This document shows, in pieces, positions 9,801 through 18,271 of a stretch of 64,000 nucleotides of DNA. The position numbers and the translations under genes are program-made. Source of the stretch: an uncultured Bacilli bacterium (GTDB taxonomy: Bacteria > Bacillota_I > Bacilli_A > RF39 > UBA660); assembly GCA_910586195.1 (NCBI GenBank), contig CAJUHO010000002.1, positions 6,952 through 70,951 on the forward strand. Direction: 5' to 3'. The first letter of the stretch is position 1. Every line of letters starts with the position of its first letter. The notes under the pieces were generated by a model. The model did not search any database, was not told where the DNA came from, and saw nothing but the letters and a program-made list of their open reading frames with translations.

Positions 9801-10436
9801 GTGGATGACATACTAGAATATGAAAACTTAGTTTGGAGTATTATTGCAAAGTATGGAAGTTATTTTGATAAGGAAGACTTATATCAAGTAGGGATGATAG
9901 GACTCATGAATGCATATAGAAACTTTGATTCTGAAAAAGGTGTTAAGTTTTCTACTTATGCTTACCAATATATTTTTGGTGAAGTTCATAAATATGTACA
10001 AGAGACTAGGAGTGTTCGAATTAGTAAAGATATGTTAAAACTAAATAGAGCATTAGAGAAAGGACGTGACGTTTTACGTCAAACATTAATGCATGAGCCA
10101 AGTGATTTTGAACTTTCGGTCTTTTTAGAAATTGACGAGGAGAAGTTGAGAGAAGCAAAAGCTTCGGGTGAGATGGTGAAAAGCTTAGATGCCATGTTAG
10201 GAGAAGATATTAATTTATATGATCGATTAAGTGTAGAAGAAAAACAGCTAACCTCAGAAGTATTAGATTTAAAATCAGAAATTGCCTCTTTAGAAGAGGA
10301 TGATAGAAATCTAATATATAGTCGCTATTTTCTAGATTTAACACAGCAAGAGGTATCACAGAATTTGGGGATTTCTCAAGTACAAGTTTCAAGAAAGGAG
10401 AGTAAGGTTTTAAATAAATTAAAGACAAGACTTTAA
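9801..10436 (+). CDS. sigF: Sporulation sigma factor, SigF/SigG-like (sigma-70 regions 2 and 4)
   Basis: Strong similarity in pattern to B. subtilis SigF: region 2 (DLYQVGMIGLMNAYRNFDSEKGVKFSTYAYQYIFGEV) and region 4 (QQEVSQNLGISQVQVSRKESKVLNKL); GTG start after AGGAGGG. Confidence 0.75.
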   Translation: MDDILEYENLVWSIIAKYGSYFDKEDLYQVGMIGLMNAYRNFDSEKGVKFSTYAYQYIFGEVHKYVQETRSVRISKDMLKLNRALEKGRDVLRQTLMHEPSDFELSVFLEIDEEKLREAKASGEMVKSLDAMLGEDINLYDRLSVEEKQLTSEVLDLKSEIASLEEDDRNLIYSRYFLDLTQQEVSQNLGISQVQVSRKESKVLNKLKTRL

Positions 10437-10438
10437 AA

Positions 10439-10463
10439 AGGAAAAGAATATTTTCCTTTTTTT
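10439..10463 (+). terminator. Rho-independent terminator after the sigF-like gene
   Basis: AGGAAAA-gaata-TTTTCCT then TTTTTTG. Confidence 0.55.
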
Positions 10464-10486
10464 GTATAATTTAGAAAAAAATATTC

Positions 10487-10951
10487 ATGCTACTAATGGT
10501 GATTAATATGGTAAATAAGAAGTATGAACAGATAGTGAGTAAGCATAAGCCAACAGAACATCGAGAACAAAATGCCCTTGTTGCGTTTATTGTTGGAGGT
10601 TTGGTTGGTATTTTAGGTGAAACACTAATTCAACTATTTTGTCATAAGTTTCACATCTCTAGAAGTGAAGCTTCTGTGTGTATGATGATTACACTTATTT
10701 TTATTGCTTCCTTATGTACAGCATTAGGATTTTTTGACAATTTAGTGAGTTTTGCACGCTGTGGTCTGTTGATTCCTATTACGGGTTTTGCACATTCTAT
10801 GACTTCGGCGGCGATTGATTACAGAAAGGAAGGTCCCATTTATGGACTTGGTAGTAACATATTTAAATTAGCAGGATCTGTAATCTTATATGGCGTAGTT
10901 TCTGCCTGGTTTTTTGGAATTATTCGAATATTAATTGGAGGTGGCGCATGA
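10487..10951 (+). CDS. spoVAC: Stage V sporulation protein AC
   Basis: 154 aa, 4 TM, SpoVAC/SpoVAEB-family N-terminus ...KYEQIVSKHKPTEHREQNALVAFIVGGLVG; gene order AC-AD-AE. Confidence 0.8.
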   Translation: MLLMVINMVNKKYEQIVSKHKPTEHREQNALVAFIVGGLVGILGETLIQLFCHKFHISRSEASVCMMITLIFIASLCTALGFFDNLVSFARCGLLIPITGFAHSMTSAAIDYRKEGPIYGLGSNIFKLAGSVILYGVVSAWFFGIIRILIGGGA

Positions 10952-11943
10952 GTAGTAAATATAAAAATGTTTATTTACAAGAATCTGCTACTGTTGTAGG
11001 ACCCTATGAAAAAGAAGGTCCATTAAGCAAGTATTTCGATAAAAAGTATGACGACTTATATTGTGGTGCTGATTCTTGGGAAAAAGCAGAGGTAAAATTA
11101 TTAAAGGAAAGTTTGAATTTACTTTTGAAAAAAAAGGGAATTAAAAAGGAAGATATTGATTTGGTAATTTCAGGTGATTTATTAAATCAAATTACTTCTT
11201 CTAGTTATGCAGGCAGTCCCCTAAATACGCCATTTTTAGGTATTTATAGTGCTTGTGCTACTAGTATAGAAGCAATGATATTGGCATCTACCTTTGTAGA
11301 TTGCAAGCGTAAAAAAAATGTGGTAATTGCTACAAGCTCCCACAATATGTCAAGCGAGAAACAGTTTCGTAATCCAACAGAATATGGAGCACCAAAGCCA
11401 ATGACTGCTACTTTTACAGCAACTGGTGGTGCCTCAGCACTAATATCGGCTGAAAAAAGTTCGATAAAAGTCGAATCAGGAACTATTGGACGTATTATTG
11501 ACTATAATCAAAAAGATCCTTTTAATATGGGTGCTGCAATGGCAGGTGCTGCTGCGGATACTATTTATAGACATTTGACTGATCTTAAAAGAGATGTAGA
11601 TTATTATGATTTAATTTTAACAGGGGATTTAGGCAAATACGGTAAAGAGATTTTAAAGGATTATATGAGGGAAGAGTATAAAATTGACCTTAGTAAAAAT
11701 TATAATGACTGCGGTGTGATTTTGTATGATACAGATAAACAAAAACAAGTGCAAGCAGGAGGGTCTGGTCCTGTCTGTAGTGCTCTTGTCAACTTTACAA
11801 TGATAATGGACAAACTTAAGAAAAAGGAATTGAAGCGTGTTTTATTAGTTGCAACGGGAGCCTTATTTTCTCCTACCTTTGTATATCAAAAAGAAAATAT
11901 TTTAAGTATTGCACATGCTATTAGTTTGGAGGCGGTAGAATGA
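10948..11943 (+). CDS. spoVAD: Stage V sporulation protein AD
   Basis: 331 aa thiolase-like fold typical of SpoVAD (GIYSACATS...); overlapping start/stop with neighbours. Confidence 0.8.
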   Translation: MSSKYKNVYLQESATVVGPYEKEGPLSKYFDKKYDDLYCGADSWEKAEVKLLKESLNLLLKKKGIKKEDIDLVISGDLLNQITSSSYAGSPLNTPFLGIYSACATSIEAMILASTFVDCKRKKNVVIATSSHNMSSEKQFRNPTEYGAPKPMTATFTATGGASALISAEKSSIKVESGTIGRIIDYNQKDPFNMGAAMAGAAADTIYRHLTDLKRDVDYYDLILTGDLGKYGKEILKDYMREEYKIDLSKNYNDCGVILYDTDKQKQVQAGGSGPVCSALVNFTMIMDKLKKKELKRVLLVATGALFSPTFVYQKENILSIAHAISLEAVE

Positions 11944-12290
11944 TATTTGTATATTCGTTTTTATTTGCAGGATTTATTTGTCTTATTTCACAACTTATTT
12001 TAGATAATACCAAATTAACGCCAGGGCATATTACTAGTATTTTAGTAGTTCTTGGTGCTGCACTTGATACCTTTAGTATTTATGATAAAATTGTGGAAGT
12101 AGTCGGCGGAGGTGCTATGGTTCCTATTACTAGTTTTGGGCATTTACTTATTCATGGAGCTTTAGCAAAAGTAGATGTAATGGGACCTTTGGGTATTGTT
12201 ATGGGAATGTTTGACTTAACAGCCTCAGGTATTACTGCAGCAATTGTATTTTCCTTTATTTTTGCTTTGTTTTTTAAACCAAAGAATTAA
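11940..12290 (+). CDS. spoVAEB: Stage V sporulation protein AE (SpoVAEB-like)
   Basis: 116 aa membrane protein paralogous to SpoVAC; operon position. Confidence 0.7.
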   Translation: MIFVYSFLFAGFICLISQLILDNTKLTPGHITSILVVLGAALDTFSIYDKIVEVVGGGAMVPITSFGHLLIHGALAKVDVMGPLGIVMGMFDLTASGITAAIVFSFIFALFFKPKN

Positions 12291-12334
12291 TAAAGAATTC
12301 TAACTTCTTATTTAGAAACTTTGAGGTGTTTTTT

Positions 12335-12934
12335 ATGAAATTATCTACGTTAGATAGGAGTACAATTAATGAATCTATTGTAGAAGATATACTATTTTCT
12401 ATTCCAATGGATGATTTTCAAAAGGGTGACTTGATTTTAGTTTTTGGAACTTCTGTTTTTTTAGAAGAGAGAATGGATAAGGCTATAGAACTTTATTTTC
12501 AAAACAGGGCTCCTAGAATGTTGCTTTCTGGTGGTAGAGGAAATGGGAGCACGATAGAGGAAAGTGTATTAATGAAAAAGTATGCGCTTGAAAGAGGCGT
12601 ATTAGAAAAGGATATTTTGATAGAGACAGATTCTAATAATACTACAGAGAATGTATTAAGCTCTCTACTTGTACTACAGAAAGTAGGACTTCTCCAAGAC
12701 ATAAGACAAGTATTGGTAGTTACCAGTATTTATCATATAAAAAGATGTATGTTGACATTATCTAGGTATATGCCAGACTGGATTAGCTATAGTTATTGTC
12801 CAGCTGGCTCTATTTCTTTACAAAAAGAAAATTGGAAAAATAATTCCAATACTCGTAAAAGACTATTTTTAGAGGTTTATAATATGCTCCGTTATGTTAG
12901 AAAGGGGATTATTGATGATTGTGAAATCTCTTAG
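12335..12934 (+). CDS. DUF218 / YdcF-ElyC-SanA family protein
   Basis: Pattern LVFGTSVF...LLSGGRGNGSTIEESVLMKKYALERGV...TENVLSS; start chosen at the ATG preceded by GAGGTG. Confidence 0.6.
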   Translation: MKLSTLDRSTINESIVEDILFSIPMDDFQKGDLILVFGTSVFLEERMDKAIELYFQNRAPRMLLSGGRGNGSTIEESVLMKKYALERGVLEKDILIETDSNNTTENVLSSLLVLQKVGLLQDIRQVLVVTSIYHIKRCMLTLSRYMPDWISYSYCPAGSISLQKENWKNNSNTRKRLFLEVYNMLRYVRKGIIDDCEIS

Positions 12935-12938
12935 GGCA

Positions 12939-13244
12939 TTATCTCTCTATATTAGAAAGTTCAATTACTTTGTCCATAGAGTCATCTTTGGCTAGGATGT
13001 TTTTATGATTTTCTCCACATTTTTCACAAATATATAATATTTTATAAGTTTCTCTAAACTTCTCAATTCCTATTGGTTTTAAAAGACCTTGACATAAATT
13101 GCTTCTATCTCCAGGATTAATATCTACATGCTTGGAATATAGACAGTATGGACAATGATCTCTTGCTGTATAGTGTAATTGTTTTACCTGCTTGTGACAG
13201 TTTTCACAAATAAAATTTTCATCTACCATATGAAATTTTTTCAT
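12939..13244 (-). CDS. RNHCP-domain zinc-ribbon protein
   Basis: Four CxxC pairs (CENCHK, RDHCPYC, CEKCGENH) and an RDHCP motif matching the RNHCP family. Confidence 0.55.
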   Translation of the reverse strand: MKKFHMVDENFICENCHKQVKQLHYTARDHCPYCLYSKHVDINPGDRSNLCQGLLKPIGIEKFRETYKILYICEKCGENHKNILAKDDSMDKVIELSNIER

Positions 13245-13316
13245 TTTATCACCTTTTCAAAGTATACCATATATACTTATTTTATGATATACTGTTATTA
13301 TACTGGAGGGGATAAA

Positions 13317-14033
13317 ATGGATTTAGATATAAGTATTGATGAATTTGAGGGACCTCTAGACTTATTACTTCATTTGATTAAAGAAAGTAAAATGGACATT
13401 TTTAATATAGAAATTGAAAAAATTACGGATCAATATTTAAGGTATATTGAGCATCAAGAAAAATTAAACTTAGAAATTTCTAGTGGTTATTTGGTAATGG
13501 CTGCAGAACTTATAGAAATGAAATCTAGATTGCTTCTTCCAAGGACTACAGTAGAAGAGGAGATGGAGGAGGAAGATCCAAAAGAAGATTTAGTGGCTAG
13601 ATTATTAGAATATCAAGCTTATAAGGAAATTACAAAAACTTTGAAAGAGAAAGAAGAAATTCGTAAAGAAATTTATACAAAGGCCCCAGATAACTTTTCA
13701 CAGTATCGAGAAGAAGGTGTTTCCTTACAGGGTGACATTAGTTTAGATGATTTATTAGATGCTTTTCAAAAGTATTTGCGTAGAATGCAAAAGATGAAGC
13801 CATTAAAGACAAAAGTTACGATTAAAGAAATATCGGTTTCCTCAAGGCAGACCGATATTAAAAAGATTTTATTTAAGAAGAAAAAAGTTTCTTTTTTTGA
13901 GCTTTTTCCTGAATTTTCAAAAGAATATATTGTGGCAACATTCTTAGCAATTTTAGAAATGGCCAAGGAAAAGGAGTTGCGAATTGTTCAAAATAATAAT
14001 TTTGATGATATAATTTGTGAGGTGGTATCGTGA
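13317..14033 (+). CDS. scpA: Segregation and condensation protein A
   Basis: MDLDISIDEFEGPLDLLLHLIKESKMDIFNIEIEKITDQYL is the canonical ScpA N-terminus; RBS GGAGGGG; the upstream in-frame extension from 13179 is likely spurious. Confidence 0.85.
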   Translation: MDLDISIDEFEGPLDLLLHLIKESKMDIFNIEIEKITDQYLRYIEHQEKLNLEISSGYLVMAAELIEMKSRLLLPRTTVEEEMEEEDPKEDLVARLLEYQAYKEITKTLKEKEEIRKEIYTKAPDNFSQYREEGVSLQGDISLDDLLDAFQKYLRRMQKMKPLKTKVTIKEISVSSRQTDIKKILFKKKKVSFFELFPEFSKEYIVATFLAILEMAKEKELRIVQNNNFDDIICEVVS

Positions 14034-14608
14034 ATTTAGAATCAGTATTAGAGGGGCTTCTTTTCGTGGTTGGGGAAGAGGGCTTAACTTTAGAGCAGAT
14101 TGAGAGAACTTTAGAAATAGACGATAATGAGGCAAAGAAATTGGTGCAAAAGTTAAAGTTGGAATATGAAAATAATACACAGAGAGGATTGCGTATTGAT
14201 TTTTTAGGAAATAAGTTTAAACTTACAACGAAAAAGGAACATCGTTCTTATTATCAAAAATTAATTGAGAATCCTGATACTAATACATTAAGCCAATCTG
14301 CTCTAGAAACTTTAGCGATTATTGCCTATAATGAACCAATTACTCGTGTAAGTGTGGATAATCTTCGTGGTGTTAGTAGTGCTCAGATGATTCGAAAATT
14401 GGTTGCTAAAGGATTTATCAAAGAAAGTGGAAGAAGTAATTTACCAGGACGTCCTATTCTTTATGAAACTACAAATGAGTTTTTAGATTATTTTGGTCTT
14501 GCTACAATTGATGATTTGCCTGATATGCGCAAGTTTTTAGAGGAGGAAACAGAAGTAATTGAAGATTCCGATTTATACCAGTCAAAATATAAAGAATTGG
14601 AGATGTAA
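14030..14608 (+). CDS. scpB: Segregation and condensation protein B
   Basis: 192 aa; ScpB winged-helix repeats (LEGLLFVVGEEGLTLEQI... ALETLAIIAYNEPITRVSVDNLRG); overlaps the scpA stop. Confidence 0.85.
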   Translation: MNLESVLEGLLFVVGEEGLTLEQIERTLEIDDNEAKKLVQKLKLEYENNTQRGLRIDFLGNKFKLTTKKEHRSYYQKLIENPDTNTLSQSALETLAIIAYNEPITRVSVDNLRGVSSAQMIRKLVAKGFIKESGRSNLPGRPILYETTNEFLDYFGLATIDDLPDMRKFLEEETEVIEDSDLYQSKYKELEM

Positions 14609-14751
14609 TGACAATATATTTTTGAGTATCATAGCTGTTGGATTTCGTTATTGCAGAAGTAAAATAATTGGTAGCAAATTTAACTGGTATCCTTTTTTCA
14701 TTGCATAGCATAACTGACTTTATAGGCGAATTTTACTTTTTTGTGTAATTT

Positions 14752-14786
14752 AGTGGGACAAATACAGATATTTTATGTTATAATGT
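14752..14786 (+). promoter_or_regulatory. Putative sigma-A promoter for tRNA-Leu (extended -10 TGtTATAAT)
   Basis: ATGTTATAAT sits 11 nt upstream of the tRNA 5' end; the -35 element is weak. Confidence 0.4.
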
Positions 14787-14796
14787 ATTTGTACTT

Positions 14797-14883
14797 GCTC
14801 GCATGGCGGAATTGGTAGACGCGATAGACTCAAAATCTATTTTCCGCGAGGAAGTCTCGGTTCAAGTCCGAGTGCGAGCACCA
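14797..14883 (+). tRNA. tRNA-Leu (anticodon CAA), type II with long variable arm
   Basis: Acceptor GCTCGCA/TGCGAGC + A + CCA; D-arm TGGCGGAATTGGTAGAC; anticodon stem ATAGA/TCTAT with loop CTCAAAA; long variable arm; T-arm GGTTCAAGTCC. Confidence 0.9.
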
Positions 14884-14910
14884 GTAGGAAATACATTCGA
14901 ACTTTTAAAA
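14880..14910 (+). repeat. tRNA 3'-end + trailer motif, copy E (genuine tRNA-Leu 3' flank): ACCAGTAGGAAATACATTCGAACTTTTAAAA
   Basis: Shares ACCA-(12-14 nt)-TCGAACTTT architecture with copies at 17280, 18207, 22502 and 25150. Confidence 0.6.
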
Positions 14911-14927
14911 AGAGTTTGAATTTAATC

Positions 14928-14960
14928 AATCAACTTTTTCTAAAAGGAAGTTGATTTTTT
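14928..14960 (+). terminator. Rho-independent terminator after tRNA-Leu
   Basis: AATCAACTT-(loop)-AAGTTGATT followed by TTTT. Confidence 0.55.
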
Positions 14961-15493
14961 AGTTTAAAAAATAATTTTGAGAGTTAAATCACTAACTAAC
15001 AATTATTTTAATTCCTCTATTGGACAATAGGAATCCACTTATAATTCTTTTTTTTGAAATGCGCTAAAACAAAAAAATATTTTTGCTTTAGCAAATAAGT
15101 ATGACGAATTATAAGTGCCTCTTGTCAATAGATTTTCTCAAAATAAATAGCAAACACTAACTGTCATTATTTTTCTTTTTATAAAAATACAAGTCGCCAT
15201 CTATTCACTAATTTTTTAAAAAACATCACATTTTTTGAATGAGCATAAGCGTTGGACACCATTAAAATTATTTTACACTTGTAAAATGGTATTTTTTCGT
15301 GGTGCCATTTCTATTTTTGCATTTGCAAAAATGACTACTATGATACTAAAATATGATTACACAATCAATAAAAACTATATAATTACTTAGTCTTTAATCT
15401 AATAAATGATGACATAGAAAGACTACTTTTCTCAGATTTTCAAATATTTTCAAAAAAAGTGACGATGCACTAATGAAAAGAATGTAAAATTAT

Positions 15494-15501
15494 TGTATAA
15501 T
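15494..15501 (+). promoter_or_regulatory. Extended -10 element (TGTATAAT) upstream of rhuM
   Basis: TGnTATAAT 42 nt upstream of the ATG at 15544; RBS AAGGTGA 6 nt before that ATG. Confidence 0.4.
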
Positions 15502-15543
15502 ATTTATAAATAAAACTAGTGGCTTGAAAGTAAGGTGATTCTA

Positions 15544-16556
15544 ATGAATGAAAAAAAATAGTATTTTATAATGATGAAGAAAATGATGTTTTGGTAAGTG
15601 TTGCTTATAGAGACGAAACATTCTGGCTAACTCAAAAAACAATTAGTGAACTATTTGACAAAGACGTCAAAACAATAAATAGACATCTTATAAATATTTA
15701 TGAAGAAGGAGAATTATTAAAAAGTACAACTATCTCGAAATTTGAGATAGTTCAAAAAGAGGGAAACAGAAATGTAAAAAGAAATGTTGATTTTTATAAT
15801 TTAGATGCAGTAATTGCAGTAGGATATAGAGTTAACTCTAAAGCTGCTACTAGATTTCGTATTTGGGCTACTAATACTTTAAGAGAATATATTATTAAAG
15901 GATTTGTACTGAATGATGATATGTTAAAAAACGGCAAGAAATTTGGTAAAGATTATTTTGATGAATTATTAGAGAGAATTAGGGATATCAGAGCAAGTGA
16001 ACGAAGAAGCTATCAAAAAATTACAGACATCTATCAAACTGTATGTGCCGATTATGATAAAAATAGTGAACAAACAAAACTTTTTTATAAGATTATTCAA
16101 AACAAACTCCACTTTGCCATAACGGGTGAAACAGCTGCAGAGATAATATAGAGTCGTGCTAATAGTGATAAACCAAATATGGGCTTAACTACTTGGAAAG
16201 GAAGTCCAAAAGACAAAATAATGAGAAGTGATACTCATATTGCCAAGAATTATTTAAATCAAAAGGAAATGGATAGATTAAATCGACTAGTTACCATGTT
16301 TATTGATTATGCAGAATATAATACACTAGAAGAAAATATTTTAACTATGAATGATTTACTAAAAACAACAGATCAATTTTTATCATTTAATAATAGCAAA
16401 TTATTAGATAACTCTGGTAAAATATCACATAAATTGGCAATTAAAAAAGCGGATGAAGAATATGATAAATTCAAAGTAAAACAAGATAAAGAATATATAT
16501 CCGATTTTGATGAAGTATTAGATAAGTATTTGAGAGGAATCGAAGATGGAAAATAA
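15544..16556 (+). pseudogene. rhuM: RhuM-family protein gene, disrupted: frameshift in an A8 tract near the 5' end plus an in-frame TAG at 16149-16151
   Basis: ATG at 15544 with a good RBS encodes MNEKK then stops; with nine A's instead of eight it would read through as MNEKKIVFYNDEENDVLVSVAYRDETFWLTQ..., a typical RhuM N-terminus. The body (15591-16148) carries the RhuM core (FYNLDAVIAVGYRVNSKAATRFRIWATNTLREYIIKGFVLNDDMLKNG...FGKDYFDELLERIRDIRASERR). An in-frame TAG follows, then the RhuM C-terminal part PNMGLTTWKGSPKDKIMRSDTHIAKNYLNQKEMDRLNRLVTMFIDYAEY. Confidence 0.7.
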
Positions 16557-17256
16557 TTTTTTATGTAAAGATATTTCGGAAATCAATTTAGAACATTCAT
16601 ATTTTCATTATACTAACAAACAAAATCTCTATACAATATTTAAAAATGGTTTAGAACCTAGGATTGGAGAAAATTCTCTTTATGTAGAAAAAACACCTAA
16701 AGTATTCTTTGTAGAAGGTGAAAAAGGCATTATTACTATTATGGATGTTTGGCTAAAATGGTTAACTTCAAAAAGTAGTTGTAACAAATTTATATATTGG
16801 TTTGGAACTATGTATATGCGAATTCCATTTTGTATAAAATGCATTCCAAATTATGTAGTCAAAAGAAATTTAAAAGATACTAAAAAACGGAACAAAGTAT
16901 ATGAAAAAATGAAGTATATTCTTGATAATAGTATTTTTCTTGTTTTAAATTTAACTCCAAAAGAAGATTTTGACTATAATGACATAGATGAAGTTAAGAA
17001 TACATATTATGAAAGTTTTTTAAAATTATTATATCCAAGTGATAGTGATATTAAAAATGTTAAAATGGAATATTGGAATATGCATACATATTCGGGGAAA
17101 GTTATCCCCCCCAAAAAAATATCTATATTGATGGATAAAAATAATTATTGTGCTAATACAATACTTACTAAAATTATAGAAAATAACATTGATTATATTA
17201 AAAAAAATTATGATTTCTTGTATGAATATTACATATATATTCAAAAATTAAAGTAA
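16546..17256 (+). CDS. Hypothetical protein (236 aa), translationally coupled to the rhuM 3' end
   Basis: ATGGAAAATAA overlaps the rhuM stop; Cys-rich segment (CNKF...CIKC); no recognisable domain. Confidence 0.5.
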   Translation: MENNFLCKDISEINLEHSYFHYTNKQNLYTIFKNGLEPRIGENSLYVEKTPKVFFVEGEKGIITIMDVWLKWLTSKSSCNKFIYWFGTMYMRIPFCIKCIPNYVVKRNLKDTKKRNKVYEKMKYILDNSIFLVLNLTPKEDFDYNDIDEVKNTYYESFLKLLYPSDSDIKNVKMEYWNMHTYSGKVIPPKKISILMDKNNYCANTILTKIIENNIDYIKKNYDFLYEYYIYIQKLK

Positions 17257-17279
17257 TTGTAAACGTGGTTACTACACGC

Positions 17280-17305
17280 ACCAGATTGATAGGAAACTCG
17301 AACTT
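17280..17305 (+). repeat. tRNA 3'-end + trailer motif, copy C: ACCAGATTGATAGGAAACTCGAACTT
   Basis: About 27/31 identical to the genuine tRNA-Met 3' end/trailer at 25150-25177 (ACCAGATGGATATTAAACTCGAACTTT); preceded by a hairpin + CACCA, reminiscent of a degenerate tRNA 3' end. Confidence 0.55.
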
Positions 17306-17319
17306 CGGGTTAAAATAAC

Positions 17320-17346
17320 AAAACGACTTGTAAAAAAGTCGTTTTT
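17320..17346 (+). terminator. Rho-independent terminator
   Basis: AAACGACTT-gtaaaa-AAGTCGTTT + TTT. Confidence 0.55.
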
Positions 17347-17464
17347 ATGATATTATGAATATGTCAAGGGAACTTGCATAAAATAAAAAAGGGAATACTT
17401 AACTTTGGCGAGTTGAGTACTTACCCGTAAATGGTCAAGCACTTAATCTATGCTAGATTGAGTG

Positions 17465-17554
17465 CTATTTCTTTATAGATAGAATCATTAAAGAGACTAT
17501 TAATAAAATGATTATTAATATTAGAAATGAGATTAATAAATCTTTTTTCTTCAT
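17465..17554 (-). CDS. Small hydrophobic peptide (29 aa) MKKKDLLISFLILIIILLIVSLMILSIKK; possible type I toxin-like or small membrane protein
   Basis: Strong RBS AAGGAGG 9 nt upstream of the ATG on the minus strand; single predicted TM helix flanked by Lys; not in the supplied ORF track because it is short. Confidence 0.35.
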   Translation of the reverse strand: MKKKDLLISFLILIIILLIVSLMILSIKK

Positions 17555-17712
17555 AATATCAAGCCTCCTTTCATAAGAAAGTTGGCAAGCACTCAACAAT
17601 TAAGTTTCTCTCCTTTAATTATAACAAATTAATAGCTATATAACAATAAATATAACTAAATTATGACAATTTAGTAAACACACTTGAAAATTGACAAAGT
17701 CAATATTTATAG

Positions 17713-18177
17713 GAGTTATCAAATGGAGAAACACAAATATTACTAAATCCTAAAAATATATATGAGAGGTATTGCACTCTTGCTCATGAGTCATTTCATT
17801 TATTGTTTCAAAAATTTATATATGATAAAAATAATATGGAAAGAATTGTCTGGCTTGACGAATCGTTGGTTGGAAATTTTGATGGTACAACTGAAAAATT
17901 AATTAAAAATGGTAAATTTTTAGAAATTATAATGAATTTGAAAAACAGTCAACGATTGCCTAATATGAATGATTTGGAGTTTTCTAAAGGAAATATAAAA
18001 ACAGAAGATTATAATGGATATGATTTATTTAAAGTTGTAGGTAGATATTTAATAGAAACAAAAACGCAAGAAGAACTTTTAAAATATATAAATGATAAAA
18101 GTAAAGTTATAAATGATGGAAATACTATATTGGAAGTAAGTTTAAGATATTTTTTAAAAAAGTATAATTTAAAATAA
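17713..18177 (+). pseudogene. ImmA/IrrE-family (Peptidase_M78/DUF955-like) metallopeptidase fragment with HExxH, lacking a proper start
   Basis: Open frame reads ...ETQILLNPKNIYERYCTLAHESFHLLFQKF..., which fits the ImmA motif pattern xxINxxxxxxRxRFTLAHELGHxLLH. No in-frame ATG before the motif; the only nearby ATG (17723) is in another frame and stops after 7 codons. The ORF caller begins at TTG 17803, downstream of the HExxH. Confidence 0.4.
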
Positions 18178-18206
18178 AAAAGTTGTTGAACGTCTTCCTT
18201 TAGGGT

Positions 18207-18233
18207 ACCAGTAAGCAATCTGTCTGAACTTTT
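18207..18233 (+). repeat. tRNA 3'-end + trailer motif, copy A: ACCAGTAAGCAATCTGTCTGAACTTTT
   Basis: Closest to the tRNA-Leu trailer (ACCAGTAGGAAATACATTCGAACTTTT). Confidence 0.5.
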
Positions 18234-18271
18234 ATAGTTTAGAGTCTAAATATATAAGTATCAATTTCTGA

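Noticed and set aside
13766-14711. Minus-strand ORFs 13766-13966, 13953-14180 and 14502-14711 over scpA/scpB
   Set aside because: They overlap the highly recognisable scpA/scpB genes on the other strand.
15100-15160. 19-aa ORF (MTNYKCLLSIDFLKINSKH) and palindrome ATTTTTGCA-TT-TGCAAAAAT (15307-15327) in the AT-rich spacer after tRNA-Leu
   Set aside because: The ORF has no RBS. The palindrome could be an operator but has no adjacent regulator gene. Both are too weak to call as features.
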